A DNA stretch of 63,500 nt, the filler included. It is 7 parts of 7 records of this genome, joined end to end, with 100 filler letters (N's around TTAATTAATTAA, not from the genome) between each part and the next. Parts side by side here need not be neighbours in the genome. Positions count along the whole stretch, not along the records: positions 36,577 to 45,827 come from SRR31156797_12829; positions 45,928 to 54,887 come from SRR31156797_12830; 5 more parts are not named here. One strand, 5' to 3'. The position numbers and the translations under genes are program-made. Under the pieces are notes generated by a model. That model was not told the DNA's origin and did not search any database. It saw only the letters and a program-made list of their open reading frames with translations. This document shows, in pieces, positions 40,656 through 51,026 of this stretch (position 1 is the first letter of the stretch; each line of letters starts with the position of its first letter).

Positions 40656-41870
40656 TTGAAACAGCAATTTCACATAGGGGTTCAAATATTGGAAACAAAG
40701 GCTAATGAAATTACCGGTCGGTTTGGATTAAAGATCACGTTGCTACTAACGGGCAGCCTTACCGTTATGGCCGGTGCCATTATCACCTCAGCAATTCCTA
40801 ATGTGAAAGAATATTTTGGCGGAAACCAGAATGCCGAGCTTTTGAGCAAACTCCTGGTAACCCTTCCATCACTTTTTATTGCGATTGTGGCTCCGTTTGC
40901 CGGCAGGCTGATTGACAAGGCAGGCCGAAAAAAAGTGCTGCTATGGTCGTTGTTGTTTTATGCCCTGGGAGGAACATCTGGCCTGTATTTGTCCAATATT
41001 TATCTTCTCCTGGCCGGAAGAGCTGTACTTGGGTTTTCAGTTGCCGGAATCATGACTATCAATACTACCTTGATCGGCGATTATTTCCAGGGAAAGATGC
41101 GCAGCAGGTTTATGGGCTGGCAGGGTGCATTTATGGGATTTGGAGGGGTGTTGTATGTTGCTGCCGGTGGCCTGCTGGCTGATATTTCGTGGCGATGGCC
41201 CTTTGCAGTTTACAGTGTGTCGCTGGTTTTGTTATTGATGGCTTACAAGTATTTGTATGAACCTGATATCATCGAGAGGAAAGCCGGAAAGCGAGCTCAG
41301 GAACATGCAAATTTGAAGCTTAAAAAGTATGTGCTGTTGTATGTGACGGCATTTTTTGGGATGCTGTTTTTTTATCTGATACCCACACAGGTTCCATTTT
41401 TATTACAGCTGAATGGCGTGATGAAAAATTCGACCATTGGTTTTACAATCAGTATTTCGGTGATGGCCGGAGCAGTTGTTGCACTGAAATATGGCAACAT
41501 TAGGATGCGGTTAAATTTTTACAGGATTTATGTTTTAACCTTTCTGCTGATGGGAACCGGGTATATCATGACATCGCTTTTATCAGGATATGCAGGAATT
41601 TTATCCGGATTGATCATTGCCGGATTTGGAACGGGTATGTTAATGCCCAATACCAACCTGTGGTTGATTTCGATTGCACCGCCGGGGCAGCGGGGCAGTT
41701 TGGTGGGGATGTTAAATCTGGCAGTGTATGGCGGCCAGTTTTTATCGCCGGTTGTTGTTTCGCCAATGATTGCATTCCGATCCATTGAATTTTCTTTTCT
41801 TGTTTGTGGCGTTCTCATGCTTATTATGGCTGCCTGGTTTTATGTTTTGCACAGGCAGACCGTAAAATGA
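40656..41870 (+). CDS. MFS transporter (start uncertain, possibly TTG 40689)
   Basis: GRLIDKAGRKK motif A, about 12 TM segments. Confidence 0.88.
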   Translation: MKQQFHIGVQILETKANEITGRFGLKITLLLTGSLTVMAGAIITSAIPNVKEYFGGNQNAELLSKLLVTLPSLFIAIVAPFAGRLIDKAGRKKVLLWSLLFYALGGTSGLYLSNIYLLLAGRAVLGFSVAGIMTINTTLIGDYFQGKMRSRFMGWQGAFMGFGGVLYVAAGGLLADISWRWPFAVYSVSLVLLLMAYKYLYEPDIIERKAGKRAQEHANLKLKKYVLLYVTAFFGMLFFYLIPTQVPFLLQLNGVMKNSTIGFTISISVMAGAVVALKYGNIRMRLNFYRIYVLTFLLMGTGYIMTSLLSGYAGILSGLIIAGFGTGMLMPNTNLWLISIAPPGQRGSLVGMLNLAVYGGQFLSPVVVSPMIAFRSIEFSFLVCGVLMLIMAAWFYVLHRQTVK

Positions 41871-41916
41871 TTTAGTGAGAAGTTGTTCTTGTTGGCCTGT
41901 GTGTGAAATTGCCAGG

Positions 41917-42080
41917 CCTGCCTTGCCCCCAGCATCTGGCCATAGTGATGGCGAGGCAGGGATTGGAGCGGCACCCCGGTGAAGTTGAGGCAGATATTTT
42001 TGTTATGGGGCGACGGCGATAGCCCACGTACCCATTACAAAAATACGCCGAAACAAACCGGAGTATAGCGGAAAGCCCGG
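41917..42080. repeat. Highly structured intergenic element (nested hairpins; REP/ncRNA-like)
   Basis: CCTGCCTTGCC/GGCGAGGCAGG stem; CCGGT/ACCGG and TATTTTTGT-ATGGG/CCCAT-ACAAAAATA stems. Confidence 0.6.
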
Positions 42081-42430
42081 CTGCCTCCCAAATAACAATC
42101 CAGAAAATAATCGAGAAAAACAATTTTACTGTTTAGCTGGAATTACAGAAAGCATCTATCTAACGCTTAGTCACTTGTTGCACTGTCATTTGCGCTTTGC
42201 GCGCTATTGGTTGTCATGTAAACTGCTGTTACCATGACTTTCAATTACAAGAATCAAAAACAAATTGTCCAACGCAAAAGCTACGAATGACCATCAATGA
42301 TTTCATACCCCCCCTCCAGAGGAGCTACAAAATTAATATGAATTGACCCCAAAACCCGGATCATCAAAAGCTTTTGAATTACTGCTGATATTAGACTATT
42401 TTTGCGGCTTGATGTAAAAAAAATATTGGT

Positions 42431-44158
42431 ATGACACATGATGGAAAAAACCCGGGGAAGCCGGAAGAGAAACCCGGTTCGTCGGTTAATTTTATTGAAG
42501 CGATAATTAATGAAGAGCTTAGCCAGGGGAAAAATGATGGCAGGGTACACACGCGGTTTCCCCCGGAACCCAATGGCTACCTGCACATCGGGCATGCAAA
42601 ATCGATATTGCTGAATTACGGGCTTTCACAAAAATATAATGGCAAATTCAACTTGCGATTTGACGACACCAACCCTACCAAGGAGGAGCAGGAATATGTG
42701 GATTCGATCCTGGAAGATGTGAAATGGCTGGGTGCAGACTGGGAGGACCGCTTGTTTTTTGCTTCGGATTATTTTGATCAGCTATACGCCTGGGCAGAAG
42801 ATATTGTGAAGGCCGGCAAGGCCTATGTTGATGATCAGTCATCAGAAGAGATTGCCAGCCAGAAAGGCACACCAACTAAGCCGGGCATCGAAAGCCCGCA
42901 CAGAAACCGTTCGGTTGAAGAAAATCTGGATCTGTTTCGCCGCATGAAAGCCGGGGAGTTTAAAAATGGCGAAAAGGTGTTACGGGCAAAGATTGACATG
43001 GCACACCCCAATATGCACATGCGCGACCCTGTGATGTACCGGATTATTCATGCCAGCCACCACAGGACAGGCGACAAATGGTGTTTGTACCCCATGTACG
43101 ACTGGGCCCATGGTGAGTCGGACTTTCTGGAAGGAATCACCCACTCGATATGTACCCTGGAGTTTGAGGTTCACCGGCCTTTGTACAACTGGTTTGTAGA
43201 TCAGATACAAAAAACAGATTACCGTCCGCGACAAATTGAGTTTGCTCGGCTGAATATTACCTATACCGTGATGAGTAAGCGAAAGCTGCTTGAACTGGTG
43301 AGTGAAAAATATGTTTTGGGATGGGATGACCCCAGGATGCCGACAATTTCAGGGTTGCGCCGCAGGGGTTATACGCCGGAATCATTGAAGCTGTTTGCAG
43401 AAAAGGTTGGTGTGGCCAAGCGCGACAACGTGATTGATGTGGCCCTTTTGGAACACAGCATCAGGGAGAACCTGAACAAAAAGGCACCGCGTGTAATGGC
43501 GGTTTTAAATCCTGTAAAGTTAATCATCACCAACTATCCGGAAGATCAAAACGAAATGCTGATTGTTGAAAATAATCCTGAAGATCCTGAAAGTGGCAAT
43601 CGTGAAATCCCTTTTTCAAGGGATATATATATCGAAAGGGATGATTTTATGACCGATCCTCCCAAAAAGTTTTTCAGGCTCGGCCCCGGACGTGAGGTTC
43701 GGTTGAAAGGAGCTTATTTTGTAAAATGTGAAGATTACAAGGTTGATGAAAACACCGGCGAGGTAACCGAGATATATTGTACCTACGACCCTGAAACCAA
43801 AAGTGGTAGCCCGGGCAGTCAGCGTAAAGTAAAAGGAACCTTACACTGGGTTTCAGCTAATCATGCCATAGATGCACAGGTAAGAATGTTCGACCGTTTG
43901 TTCATATCTGAGGATCCATCGGATGTTCCTGAGGGCGAGGATTTCAAGCAAAACCTGAATCCGGATTCGTTGAAATTACTCGAAGATTGTAAACTGGAAC
44001 CAGGCCTGAAAGATGCGAAACGGGGTGATAAATTCCAGTTTCAAAGGCTGGGATATTTCTGTGTGGATAAGGAATCAACGGCAGATGGATTGATTTTTAA
44101 CCGGACGGTTCCATTGCGGGATTCCTGGTCGAAGAAGCAGGCAGGAGGTAAGAAGTAG
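42431..44158 (+). CDS. glnS: Glutamine--tRNA ligase
   Basis: [43 protein letters not shown]. Confidence 0.96.
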   Translation: MTHDGKNPGKPEEKPGSSVNFIEAIINEELSQGKNDGRVHTRFPPEPNGYLHIGHAKSILLNYGLSQKYNGKFNLRFDDTNPTKEEQEYVDSILEDVKWLGADWEDRLFFASDYFDQLYAWAEDIVKAGKAYVDDQSSEEIASQKGTPTKPGIESPHRNRSVEENLDLFRRMKAGEFKNGEKVLRAKIDMAHPNMHMRDPVMYRIIHASHHRTGDKWCLYPMYDWAHGESDFLEGITHSICTLEFEVHRPLYNWFVDQIQKTDYRPRQIEFARLNITYTVMSKRKLLELVSEKYVLGWDDPRMPTISGLRRRGYTPESLKLFAEKVGVAKRDNVIDVALLEHSIRENLNKKAPRVMAVLNPVKLIITNYPEDQNEMLIVENNPEDPESGNREIPFSRDIYIERDDFMTDPPKKFFRLGPGREVRLKGAYFVKCEDYKVDENTGEVTEIYCTYDPETKSGSPGSQRKVKGTLHWVSANHAIDAQVRMFDRLFISEDPSDVPEGEDFKQNLNPDSLKLLEDCKLEPGLKDAKRGDKFQFQRLGYFCVDKESTADGLIFNRTVPLRDSWSKKQAGGKK

Positions 44159-44244
44159 AAAGTAGGAAGAAGGAAGTAAGAAGTGGGTAGTGGCCAGTAA
44201 GCAGTAAGCAGTTTGCAGTGGGCAGTTGGTAATAAGAAGTTGAT
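44154..44244 (+). repeat. Degenerate heptamer tandem array, 13 units of AGTNRNN-like sequence
   Basis: agtagaa agtagga agaagga agtaaga agtgggt agtggcc agtaagc agtaagc agtttgc agtgggc agttggt aataaga agttgat. Confidence 0.8.
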
Positions 44245-44258
44245 GATGTGAAATGCTA

Positions 44259-44498
44259 TTATTTTTTGAACCAGGGACGGATGAAGGCAAAAAGTGCCAC
44301 GAGTGCCCAGGTGCCTTCGAGAATTACGAACGGCAGAAAATTGATCAACACAGAAGCATAACAGGCAAGAGCTGCACCAATTAAATTTAACAGGATGTAG
44401 CTCTTGTTTTCTTTTTGAATGATCCCAAACAGGTTGAGAAAAAAGGCCAGGAGTAGAAGTGTTACACCGGTAGTTCCAAATATATCAGCGATATTCAT
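44259..44498 (-). CDS. Small membrane protein (CBU_0592-like)
   Basis: 3 TM segments; G..GV.LLL.AF, Y.LLN.IGA, PFVILE..W. Confidence 0.75.
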   Translation of the reverse strand: MNIADIFGTTGVTLLLLAFFLNLFGIIQKENKSYILLNLIGAALACYASVLINFLPFVILEGTWALVALFAFIRPWFKK

Positions 44499-44525
44499 AT
44501 ACTGAAATAGTTCCTTAAAAACAGG

Positions 44526-44939
44526 CTAATCTCTTTTTACAGCAAACATATCCCCAAACTTCACAGTACTACTTTCCCATTCCACAGCATACGGAATATA
44601 AAATATAGGGATGTCCTTTTCATCTTTATACCGGATATCGATACTTATAGCATCTGTGGCTTTGGTTTCATCAAGTTGAACCTTTGCTTCACAAGCAACG
44701 GCATAGCCCAGAGCATCATGATTTTGGTATTGATCTTCGAAGTATGCTTCTAATTCTTCAATGATCTCACCATTTGAAGGAACATCCTTTGGGTCGATTT
44801 CCATCTCGCGGTGGTGTGTTCTTCCGTCAGCCGTCGTCAGGGCGCCAAAGGGTGCAAATTCTGTTGTTTCCATGAGCAGGTCAGTTGCATAATTCTCACA
44901 ATGCGAAAGCAGGTTTTGAATGTGATCGGGAAGGTTCAT
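44526..44939 (-). CDS. Hypothetical acidic protein
   Basis: 137-aa ORF, EFAPFGA and FYIPY motifs, co-oriented with neighbours. Confidence 0.7.
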   Translation of the reverse strand: MNLPDHIQNLLSHCENYATDLLMETTEFAPFGALTTADGRTHHREMEIDPKDVPSNGEIIEELEAYFEDQYQNHDALGYAVACEAKVQLDETKATDAISIDIRYKDEKDIPIFYIPYAVEWESSTVKFGDMFAVKRD

Positions 44940-45100
44940 GTTGATATGTTTTAATTTGGGTGCGAAGGTAGGACTATTTACTTTAATTGGGCTTTAGGGT
45001 ACGAGGGAATATAGATTAGCAAGTTAACAATACAATGGCAAAAAATGCAGCTTTCTGATTACATTTAAACCAGAATCTATTCATTTTGTGATTAGAAAAA

Positions 45101-45136
45101 AACCAGAAGCCGGAAGTAATAATCCGACTTCTGGTA
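45101..45136 (-). terminator. Intrinsic terminator downstream of the T9SS cargo gene
   Basis: CCAGAAGCCGGA...TCCGACTTCTGG stem next to an A run (T run on minus strand). Confidence 0.65.
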
Positions 45137-45175
45137 AATTTGAGGGGCAATCTGGTAATCCTCCTTTAAAGGGAC

Positions 45176-45827
45176 TTAATGCTTTATCAACCTGCGGATA
45201 AAGCGGGTGTCATCTACAGTAATTACAAGCAGGTAAACGCCTTTACTGAAATTGCTGATATCGATTTTGGTTTCTGCTCCTTCAAGTGTAAATTCACCCA
45301 TGGGGCGGCCATCCAATGATGTGATCGTCAACTTTCCCGATTCAATTTGCTCCTGATTCAATTTCAGTACAAACTCATCCCTGGCTGGGTTTGGAATGAT
45401 TTGGACAGTGGCTATTGAATAGTCCTCCATGCCGGCTGACCCAATCTTCAGAGTAACCATTGCTGAAAGTCCGTTATTTTGGAACCTTGGCTCCGAATTG
45501 GGCAGATTTTCATCGAAGGCCACTTCAAGGGATTGCACTTGTCCGGTTTTGGCATCGATGAGTTTTAAGTTAAATTCTTCACCTTCAACAAATCCATCCT
45601 TTTCGGTAGTTGTCGGGTCATCGCCAAAGAGGGTGAGTGAAGTGTTTACATCAGAATTTTCCACAGCGCCATAGCAATTGTTTTCAGAATCGTAAGCGGC
45701 AATAATGCTTCCAGGCTCGAAAATATTTTCCTGAAGCATTTCAGCAGGGATGGCTATCGTATGTGTGAGTGCAGTTTTATAACGGATCATGTTGGGTAAA
45801 CCTGTCAGGTTTTGGAAACCTGACAGG
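45176..45827 (-). CDS. T9SS type A sorting-domain protein, C-terminal part (5' truncated)
   Basis: IIPNPARD...IDISNFSKGVYLLVI...RLIK C-terminal domain; FGDDPTTTEKDGF.EGE module. Confidence 0.88.
45798..45827. repeat. Palindromic REP-like element inside the CDS
   Basis: AAACCTGTCAGGTTT-tgg-AAACCTGACAGG; contig ends within it. Confidence 0.75.
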
Positions 45828-45927
45828 NNNNNNNNNNNNNNNNNNNNNNNNNNNNNNNNNNNNNNNNNNNNTTAATTAATTAANNNNNNNNNNNNNNNNN
45901 NNNNNNNNNNNNNNNNNNNNNNNNNNN
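45828..45927. other. Artificial contig-joining spacer
   Basis: Same 100-nt N/TTAATTAATTAA block. Confidence 0.98.
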
Positions 45928-46158
45928 GGAAGAACAGCAAGAGCTGGTAAAAGTGGAGTTGCAATATCTTTTTTAGATAATGAAAATTTAAACCACTTTA
46001 AACTAATAGAAAAAAGATATAAACTTGATATAAAAAAAGAGCAAATAGATGGCTTTGATTTTACACTAGTAGAGCAAAAGAAACAAAAAGGCTTGCAACC
46101 TGTAAAAGGTAAAAGAAAAAGTAAAAAAGATAAGTTAAGAGAGCAAGGATTAAAATAA
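45928..46158 (+). CDS. DEAD-box RNA helicase C-terminal fragment
   Basis: Begins GRTARAGKSG.AISF (motif VI), ends in a basic tail KGKRKSKKDKLRE. Confidence 0.85.
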   Translation, partial: GRTARAGKSGVAISFLDNENLNHFKLIEKRYKLDIKKEQIDGFDFTLVEQKKQKGLQPVKGKRKSKKDKLREQGLK

Positions 46159-46163
46159 CTGTC

Positions 46164-48677
46164 TTGGAAAAACTACCTATTTACGAAGTTTTAGAACAAA
46201 TAAAACATAAATTACAACAAAACTCTACACTAATACTTGAAGCTCCACCTGGAGCAGGAAAGAGTACGGTAGTTCCCATATCACTTTTAGAAGAGTCTTG
46301 GCTTGAAGATAAGATTATTATCATGTTAGAGCCAAGAAGAGTAGCTGCAAGAATGGTTGCTCAACAAATGGCAAAATTACTTGGTGAAGAAGTAGGGCAA
46401 AGTGTTGGATATCAAGTTAAGATGGAAAGTTGCTACACAAAACAAACAAAGCTATTAGTAGTAACAGAAGCTATTTTAGTTAGAATGCTTCAAAGTGACC
46501 AAGCTTTAGAAAATGTAGCAATGGTTATTTTTGATGAGTTTCATGAAAGAAGTATTCATACAGATTTATCCTTGGCTTTATCTTTGCAAGTGCAAGAATT
46601 ATTAAGAGATGATTTAAAACTACTTATTATGTCAGCAACTTTAAACTCAAAACAACTTCAAAACTTATTGGGTGAAGTTCCTGTTGTAAGTTCAAAAGGA
46701 AGAACATATGAAGTGGAAGAGTTTTTTTTAGATGCAAATGTTAAACAACCAGATTTCAAATCAATAAATACACTTCTTTTAAATACAGTTCTAAAAGCTA
46801 TCAAAGAAGATGAAGGTGATATTTTAGTATTTTTAGCTGGAACAAAAGAGATTAAAAAACTTCAAGAATCACTAAATGAAACTATAAAAAATGATGAGAT
46901 TGAGATTTTACCTTTATATTCAAATCTATCAAAAAACTTACAAGATAAAGCGATAAATAAATCAACAAAAAGAAAAGTGATTTTATCAACAAATATTGCT
47001 CAAACTTCATTAACAATCCAAGGGGTTAAAGTTGTAATTGATTCTGGTTTAGAAAAACTTGCAGTTTATAACTATTCTACTGCTATGAATCATCTAAATC
47101 TAAACTTTATATCTCAAGATTCTGCAACCCAAAGAGCAGGGCGTGCAGGAAGACTAAGTTCTGGAAAGTGCTACAAACTTTGGCATAAAGGTAAAATCCT
47201 ACAAGAAACAACAAAACCAGAGATTTTAAGAACAGATTTGAGTTCATTTTTCCTTGATTTGGCTCTTTGGGGAGTTGATAATATAGAAGAATTGAAGTTT
47301 TTGGATTATCCACAAGAGGAAGTTCAAAATGGTACAAAAGTGATACTTCAAGAACTAAAAATGTTAGATGAAAATTTTGAAATAACTTATTTAGGAAAAA
47401 AAGCTTTATCTTTAGGTGTTCATCCTAGATTTGCCTTTATGATATTAAAAGCAAATGAGTTAGGTTTTGCCTATGAAGCTTGTATTTTATGTTCACTTTT
47501 AAATGAAAAAGATATATTTAAAAACTCTTTTTATAATAGCGATATATATTCTAGATTTATACATCTACATGAAAAAGATTTGGATAATAACTTTATCAAC
47601 AAACACCAAGCAAAGATTGTTTTAAAACAAGCAGACTTTTTTTACTCAAAGCTAAAAGCTATAGAAGAGATGAATATATCAAAAGAGAAAATAGATGAAA
47701 AACTTTTATCTGTATTGTTGCTTTTTGCATATCCTGATAGATTGGCAAAACAAAGAACAAAAAATGACAACAAATATAAGTTAAGTAATAAAAAAGGTGC
47801 AATATTAAATATTGAAGATAGTTTATTTAATGAAGAGTTTTTAGTAGCTGCAATACTAAATGCCCAAAACAAAGATTCATATATAAACTTAGCACTTAAA
47901 ACCTCTCTTAGTATTATTGAAGAGTATTTTGATTCATATATTCAAATAAAAGAATCAATAACTTACAACAAAGAGAATAAAAGGCTTGATATAAGAGAAA
48001 AGCACTATTTTTATGAACTTGAACTTTATTCAAAACCAATTTCAAGTGACAAAAAACACGATTTTCAAAGTTTGTTTTTAAGTCTTATAAAACAAGAGGG
48101 GTTAGAACTTTTAACTTGGAATAAAAAAGCTATTGATTTACAAAATAGAATAAATTTTATAAACAACAATATGCAAATTGATTTGCCAAGTTTTAGTATG
48201 GATTATTTACTAAAAAGTGTTGATGAGTGGTTAAGTCCATATTTGTCAGATGTTCAAACAATAAAGCAACTAGAAGATTTAGATGTTTATTCTATACTTT
48301 TAGGTATAATTCCTTGGGATATGCAACAGCAGATTGATTCTCTTGCCCCAACTCATATAACTGTTCCAAGTGGTTCAAATATAAAGATTGATTATTCAAA
48401 CAATCAAACACCAATACTAGCAGTAAAGATACAAGAGGTTTTTGGTTTACAGCAGACACCAAAAATACTAAATAATACTATTGCTTTACAGATGCATCTT
48501 TTAAGTCCAGCATTAAGACCAATACAAATAACTTATGACTTAAAAAGCTTTTGGGATAACTCTTATGATGAGGTAAGAAAAGAACTTTTTTCAAAATATA
48601 AAAAACACTATTGGCCAGAAAATCCCTATGAAGCTATTGCAACTAATAAAACTAAAAAAAATATGGCTAAAAACTAG
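46164..48677 (+). CDS. hrpB: ATP-dependent RNA helicase HrpB
   Basis: APPGAGKST, EPRRVAA, DEFHERS, MSAT, QRAGRAGR, LLSPA.RP.QIT.DL..FW...Y. Confidence 0.93.
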   Translation: MEKLPIYEVLEQIKHKLQQNSTLILEAPPGAGKSTVVPISLLEESWLEDKIIIMLEPRRVAARMVAQQMAKLLGEEVGQSVGYQVKMESCYTKQTKLLVVTEAILVRMLQSDQALENVAMVIFDEFHERSIHTDLSLALSLQVQELLRDDLKLLIMSATLNSKQLQNLLGEVPVVSSKGRTYEVEEFFLDANVKQPDFKSINTLLLNTVLKAIKEDEGDILVFLAGTKEIKKLQESLNETIKNDEIEILPLYSNLSKNLQDKAINKSTKRKVILSTNIAQTSLTIQGVKVVIDSGLEKLAVYNYSTAMNHLNLNFISQDSATQRAGRAGRLSSGKCYKLWHKGKILQETTKPEILRTDLSSFFLDLALWGVDNIEELKFLDYPQEEVQNGTKVILQELKMLDENFEITYLGKKALSLGVHPRFAFMILKANELGFAYEACILCSLLNEKDIFKNSFYNSDIYSRFIHLHEKDLDNNFINKHQAKIVLKQADFFYSKLKAIEEMNISKEKIDEKLLSVLLLFAYPDRLAKQRTKNDNKYKLSNKKGAILNIEDSLFNEEFLVAAILNAQNKDSYINLALKTSLSIIEEYFDSYIQIKESITYNKENKRLDIREKHYFYELELYSKPISSDKKHDFQSLFLSLIKQEGLELLTWNKKAIDLQNRINFINNNMQIDLPSFSMDYLLKSVDEWLSPYLSDVQTIKQLEDLDVYSILLGIIPWDMQQQIDSLAPTHITVPSGSNIKIDYSNNQTPILAVKIQEVFGLQQTPKILNNTIALQMHLLSPALRPIQITYDLKSFWDNSYDEVRKELFSKYKKHYWPENPYEAIATNKTKKNMAKN

Positions 48678-48687
48678 AAGGTAATAA

Positions 48688-49578
48688 ATGTCAGAAAAGC
48701 TAAAATCTATTGATACGGGTATTTTATTTATGCTTGTTAGTGCTTTATTAGGAGCACTAAATGGAGCAGTTGCAAAATACTTATCTCAAACTATGGATCC
48801 AATTGAGATTGTATTTTATAGAAATCTAATTGGAGTTTTTATTATACTTTTTAGTTTAAAAAAGTTTTCTGTTACAGTTGATACTTCAAGATTACATCTT
48901 CTTTTTCTAAGGGGATTATTTGGTGCACTTGCAATGGTTTTGTTTTTTTATACAATTGCAACAATACCTTTAGGTGAAGCTGTTGTTTTAAATAAAACTT
49001 CACCATTTTTTGTAACAATACTTGCATACTATTTGATGAAAGAAAAAATAAATCTTCAAACCTTTTTTGCTCTTGTTATAGGATTTATTGGGGTTTTATT
49101 TATTATGAAACCTTTTGGTGTAGATATTACTCATGAACATTTCATAGGTGTTTTAGGTGGTTTTTTTGCCGCCGCCGCATACGCAACAATAAAGAAAATC
49201 AAAGATATTTATGATGCAAGACTTATTATGCTTTCATTTATGGGGGTTGGTATGCTTATACCTTTAGGTTTGTTTTTATTTACGCCATATGCACATTTTC
49301 AAGCGCATACTCAAATTTGGGTTTGGGTACTAGTAGTTTTGATGGCAGTTATCTCTACAAGCTCACAATGGTTTTTAACAAGAGCCTATAGTTTAAGTAA
49401 AGCTAGTATCATTGGAGTTGTAAGCTATACAAATATCCCTTTTGCAATTGGGTTTGGTGTTATGTTAGGGGATAGTTTTCCTGATATTTATAGTTTTATT
49501 GGAATTGTACTTATTGTATTTGGTGGTATTTTAGTTAGTAGAAAGTCTTCAAAAAAGGTTTCAAGTGATGCAAAATGA
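48688..49578 (+). CDS. DMT/EamA family transporter
   Basis: About 10 TM segments, EIVFYR, two EamA halves. Confidence 0.88.
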   Translation: MSEKLKSIDTGILFMLVSALLGALNGAVAKYLSQTMDPIEIVFYRNLIGVFIILFSLKKFSVTVDTSRLHLLFLRGLFGALAMVLFFYTIATIPLGEAVVLNKTSPFFVTILAYYLMKEKINLQTFFALVIGFIGVLFIMKPFGVDITHEHFIGVLGGFFAAAAYATIKKIKDIYDARLIMLSFMGVGMLIPLGLFLFTPYAHFQAHTQIWVWVLVVLMAVISTSSQWFLTRAYSLSKASIIGVVSYTNIPFAIGFGVMLGDSFPDIYSFIGIVLIVFGGILVSRKSSKKVSSDAK

Positions 49579-50542
49579 TATTTATAAAAATATCTCAACA
49601 AAATTAAAACTTGGAGAGTTAAAATCAAGTGAAATTATACAATCACTTTGGGGTGGTTATGGGGTACTTGTAAGACTAAAATATGAAGAAAAAAGTGTTA
49701 TTGTAAAACATATAAAGTTACCAAAACCAAGTGAACACCCTAGGGGATGGAATACTGATTTTTCTCACAAAAGAAAACTTCACTCTTATCAAGTTGAAGT
49801 AAATTGGTATGAAAACTTTTCTAAAAAAAGCGATGAAAAATGTTATGTGCCAAAGGGTTTGATTTGTTTTCAAACACAAAATGAATGGCTAATAGTGATG
49901 GAAGATTTAGCAAGTTTAGGTTTTATAAATACCACATATGATGCAAATAAAAATCAACTTGAAAGTTGTCTTTATTGGTTAGCAAATTTTCATGCAAAAT
50001 ATATAAATACAAAAAGTGATTTGTTGTGGGATATTGGAACTTATTGGCATTTGGATACTAGACCAGATGAACTAGAAGTATTAGCTGATAAGCAACTAAA
50101 AAGTTATGCAAAAGCTTTAGATTTTGAGCTTAATAATTCAAAATATCAAACAATAGTTCACGGAGATGCAAAACTTGCAAACTTTTGTTTTAATATCAAA
50201 GGTACAAAATGTGCAGCAGTAGATTTCCAATATGTAGGACACGGGTGTGCTATGAAAGATGTGGTTTATTTTATAAGTAGTGCAGTTGAGCCTGATGATT
50301 GTTTGGATATGGAAGGTTGGCTTTTAGATACTTATTTTAAAGCATTAAAAAAAGCAATTAAGCTTTATCAACCAAAGCTTGAATTTGATAAAATTGAACA
50401 AGAATACAGAAAAATGTTTTCAATAGCTTGGGCTGATTTTCAACGCTTTTTAAAAGGTTGGAGTCCAAACCATTTCAAAATAAATAAATACTCAGATTTA
50501 CAAACAAATAAAGCGATTGAGTATATAAAATCAAAAAACTAA
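49565..50542 (+). CDS. APH/ecdysteroid-kinase-like phosphotransferase
   Basis: IQSLW.GYG, VHGDAKLANF, AVDFQYVG. Confidence 0.85.
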   Translation: MMQNDIYKNISTKLKLGELKSSEIIQSLWGGYGVLVRLKYEEKSVIVKHIKLPKPSEHPRGWNTDFSHKRKLHSYQVEVNWYENFSKKSDEKCYVPKGLICFQTQNEWLIVMEDLASLGFINTTYDANKNQLESCLYWLANFHAKYINTKSDLLWDIGTYWHLDTRPDELEVLADKQLKSYAKALDFELNNSKYQTIVHGDAKLANFCFNIKGTKCAAVDFQYVGHGCAMKDVVYFISSAVEPDDCLDMEGWLLDTYFKALKKAIKLYQPKLEFDKIEQEYRKMFSIAWADFQRFLKGWSPNHFKINKYSDLQTNKAIEYIKSKN

Positions 50543-50553
50543 AAGAGAAAAAA

Positions 50554-51021
50554 ATGAAAATTGATATTCCAGGAAGAGAATCTTTTGAAATAAAAAATAT
50601 TGTGTTTGACTACAATGGAACAATAGCAATTGATGGAAAACTTATTGAAGGTGTTAGTAAAAAAATTAATCTTTTATCTGAAAAGTTTAACTTTTATGTT
50701 ATCACAGCAGATACTTATGGAACAGTTCAAAAAGAGCTTGAATTAACTAATTGTGAAGTTATAACAATCCCAAAACAATCTCAAGATAGATGCAAATTAG
50801 ATTTTATAAATAAATTAGATAAAAATACTGTTTTGAGTGTAGGAAATGGAAGAAACGATACTTTGATGTTAAAAGAATCAATTTTAGGAATTGCTATTTT
50901 GCAAGATGAAGGTTTATGCACTCAAACTCTTTTATCTTCAGATATATTAGTAAAATCGATTTTTGATGTATTCTCTTTTCTTGAAGATTCAAATAGATTA
51001 ATTGCAACAATGAGAAACTAA
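50554..51021 (+). CDS. HAD-family hydrolase (soluble P-type-ATPase-like)
   Basis: DYNGTIA.DG, TADTYG, VGNGRND. Confidence 0.88.
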   Translation: MKIDIPGRESFEIKNIVFDYNGTIAIDGKLIEGVSKKINLLSEKFNFYVITADTYGTVQKELELTNCEVITIPKQSQDRCKLDFINKLDKNTVLSVGNGRNDTLMLKESILGIAILQDEGLCTQTLLSSDILVKSIFDVFSFLEDSNRLIATMRN

Positions 51022-51026
51022 AATAT

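Noticed and set aside
41872-42123. 83-aa minus-strand ORF
   Set aside because: Non-ATG start, no recognisable protein features, and it coincides with the structured repeat element.
44075-44290. 71-aa ORF rich in L/T/A/Y/C
   Set aside because: It is the antisense translation of the heptamer array.
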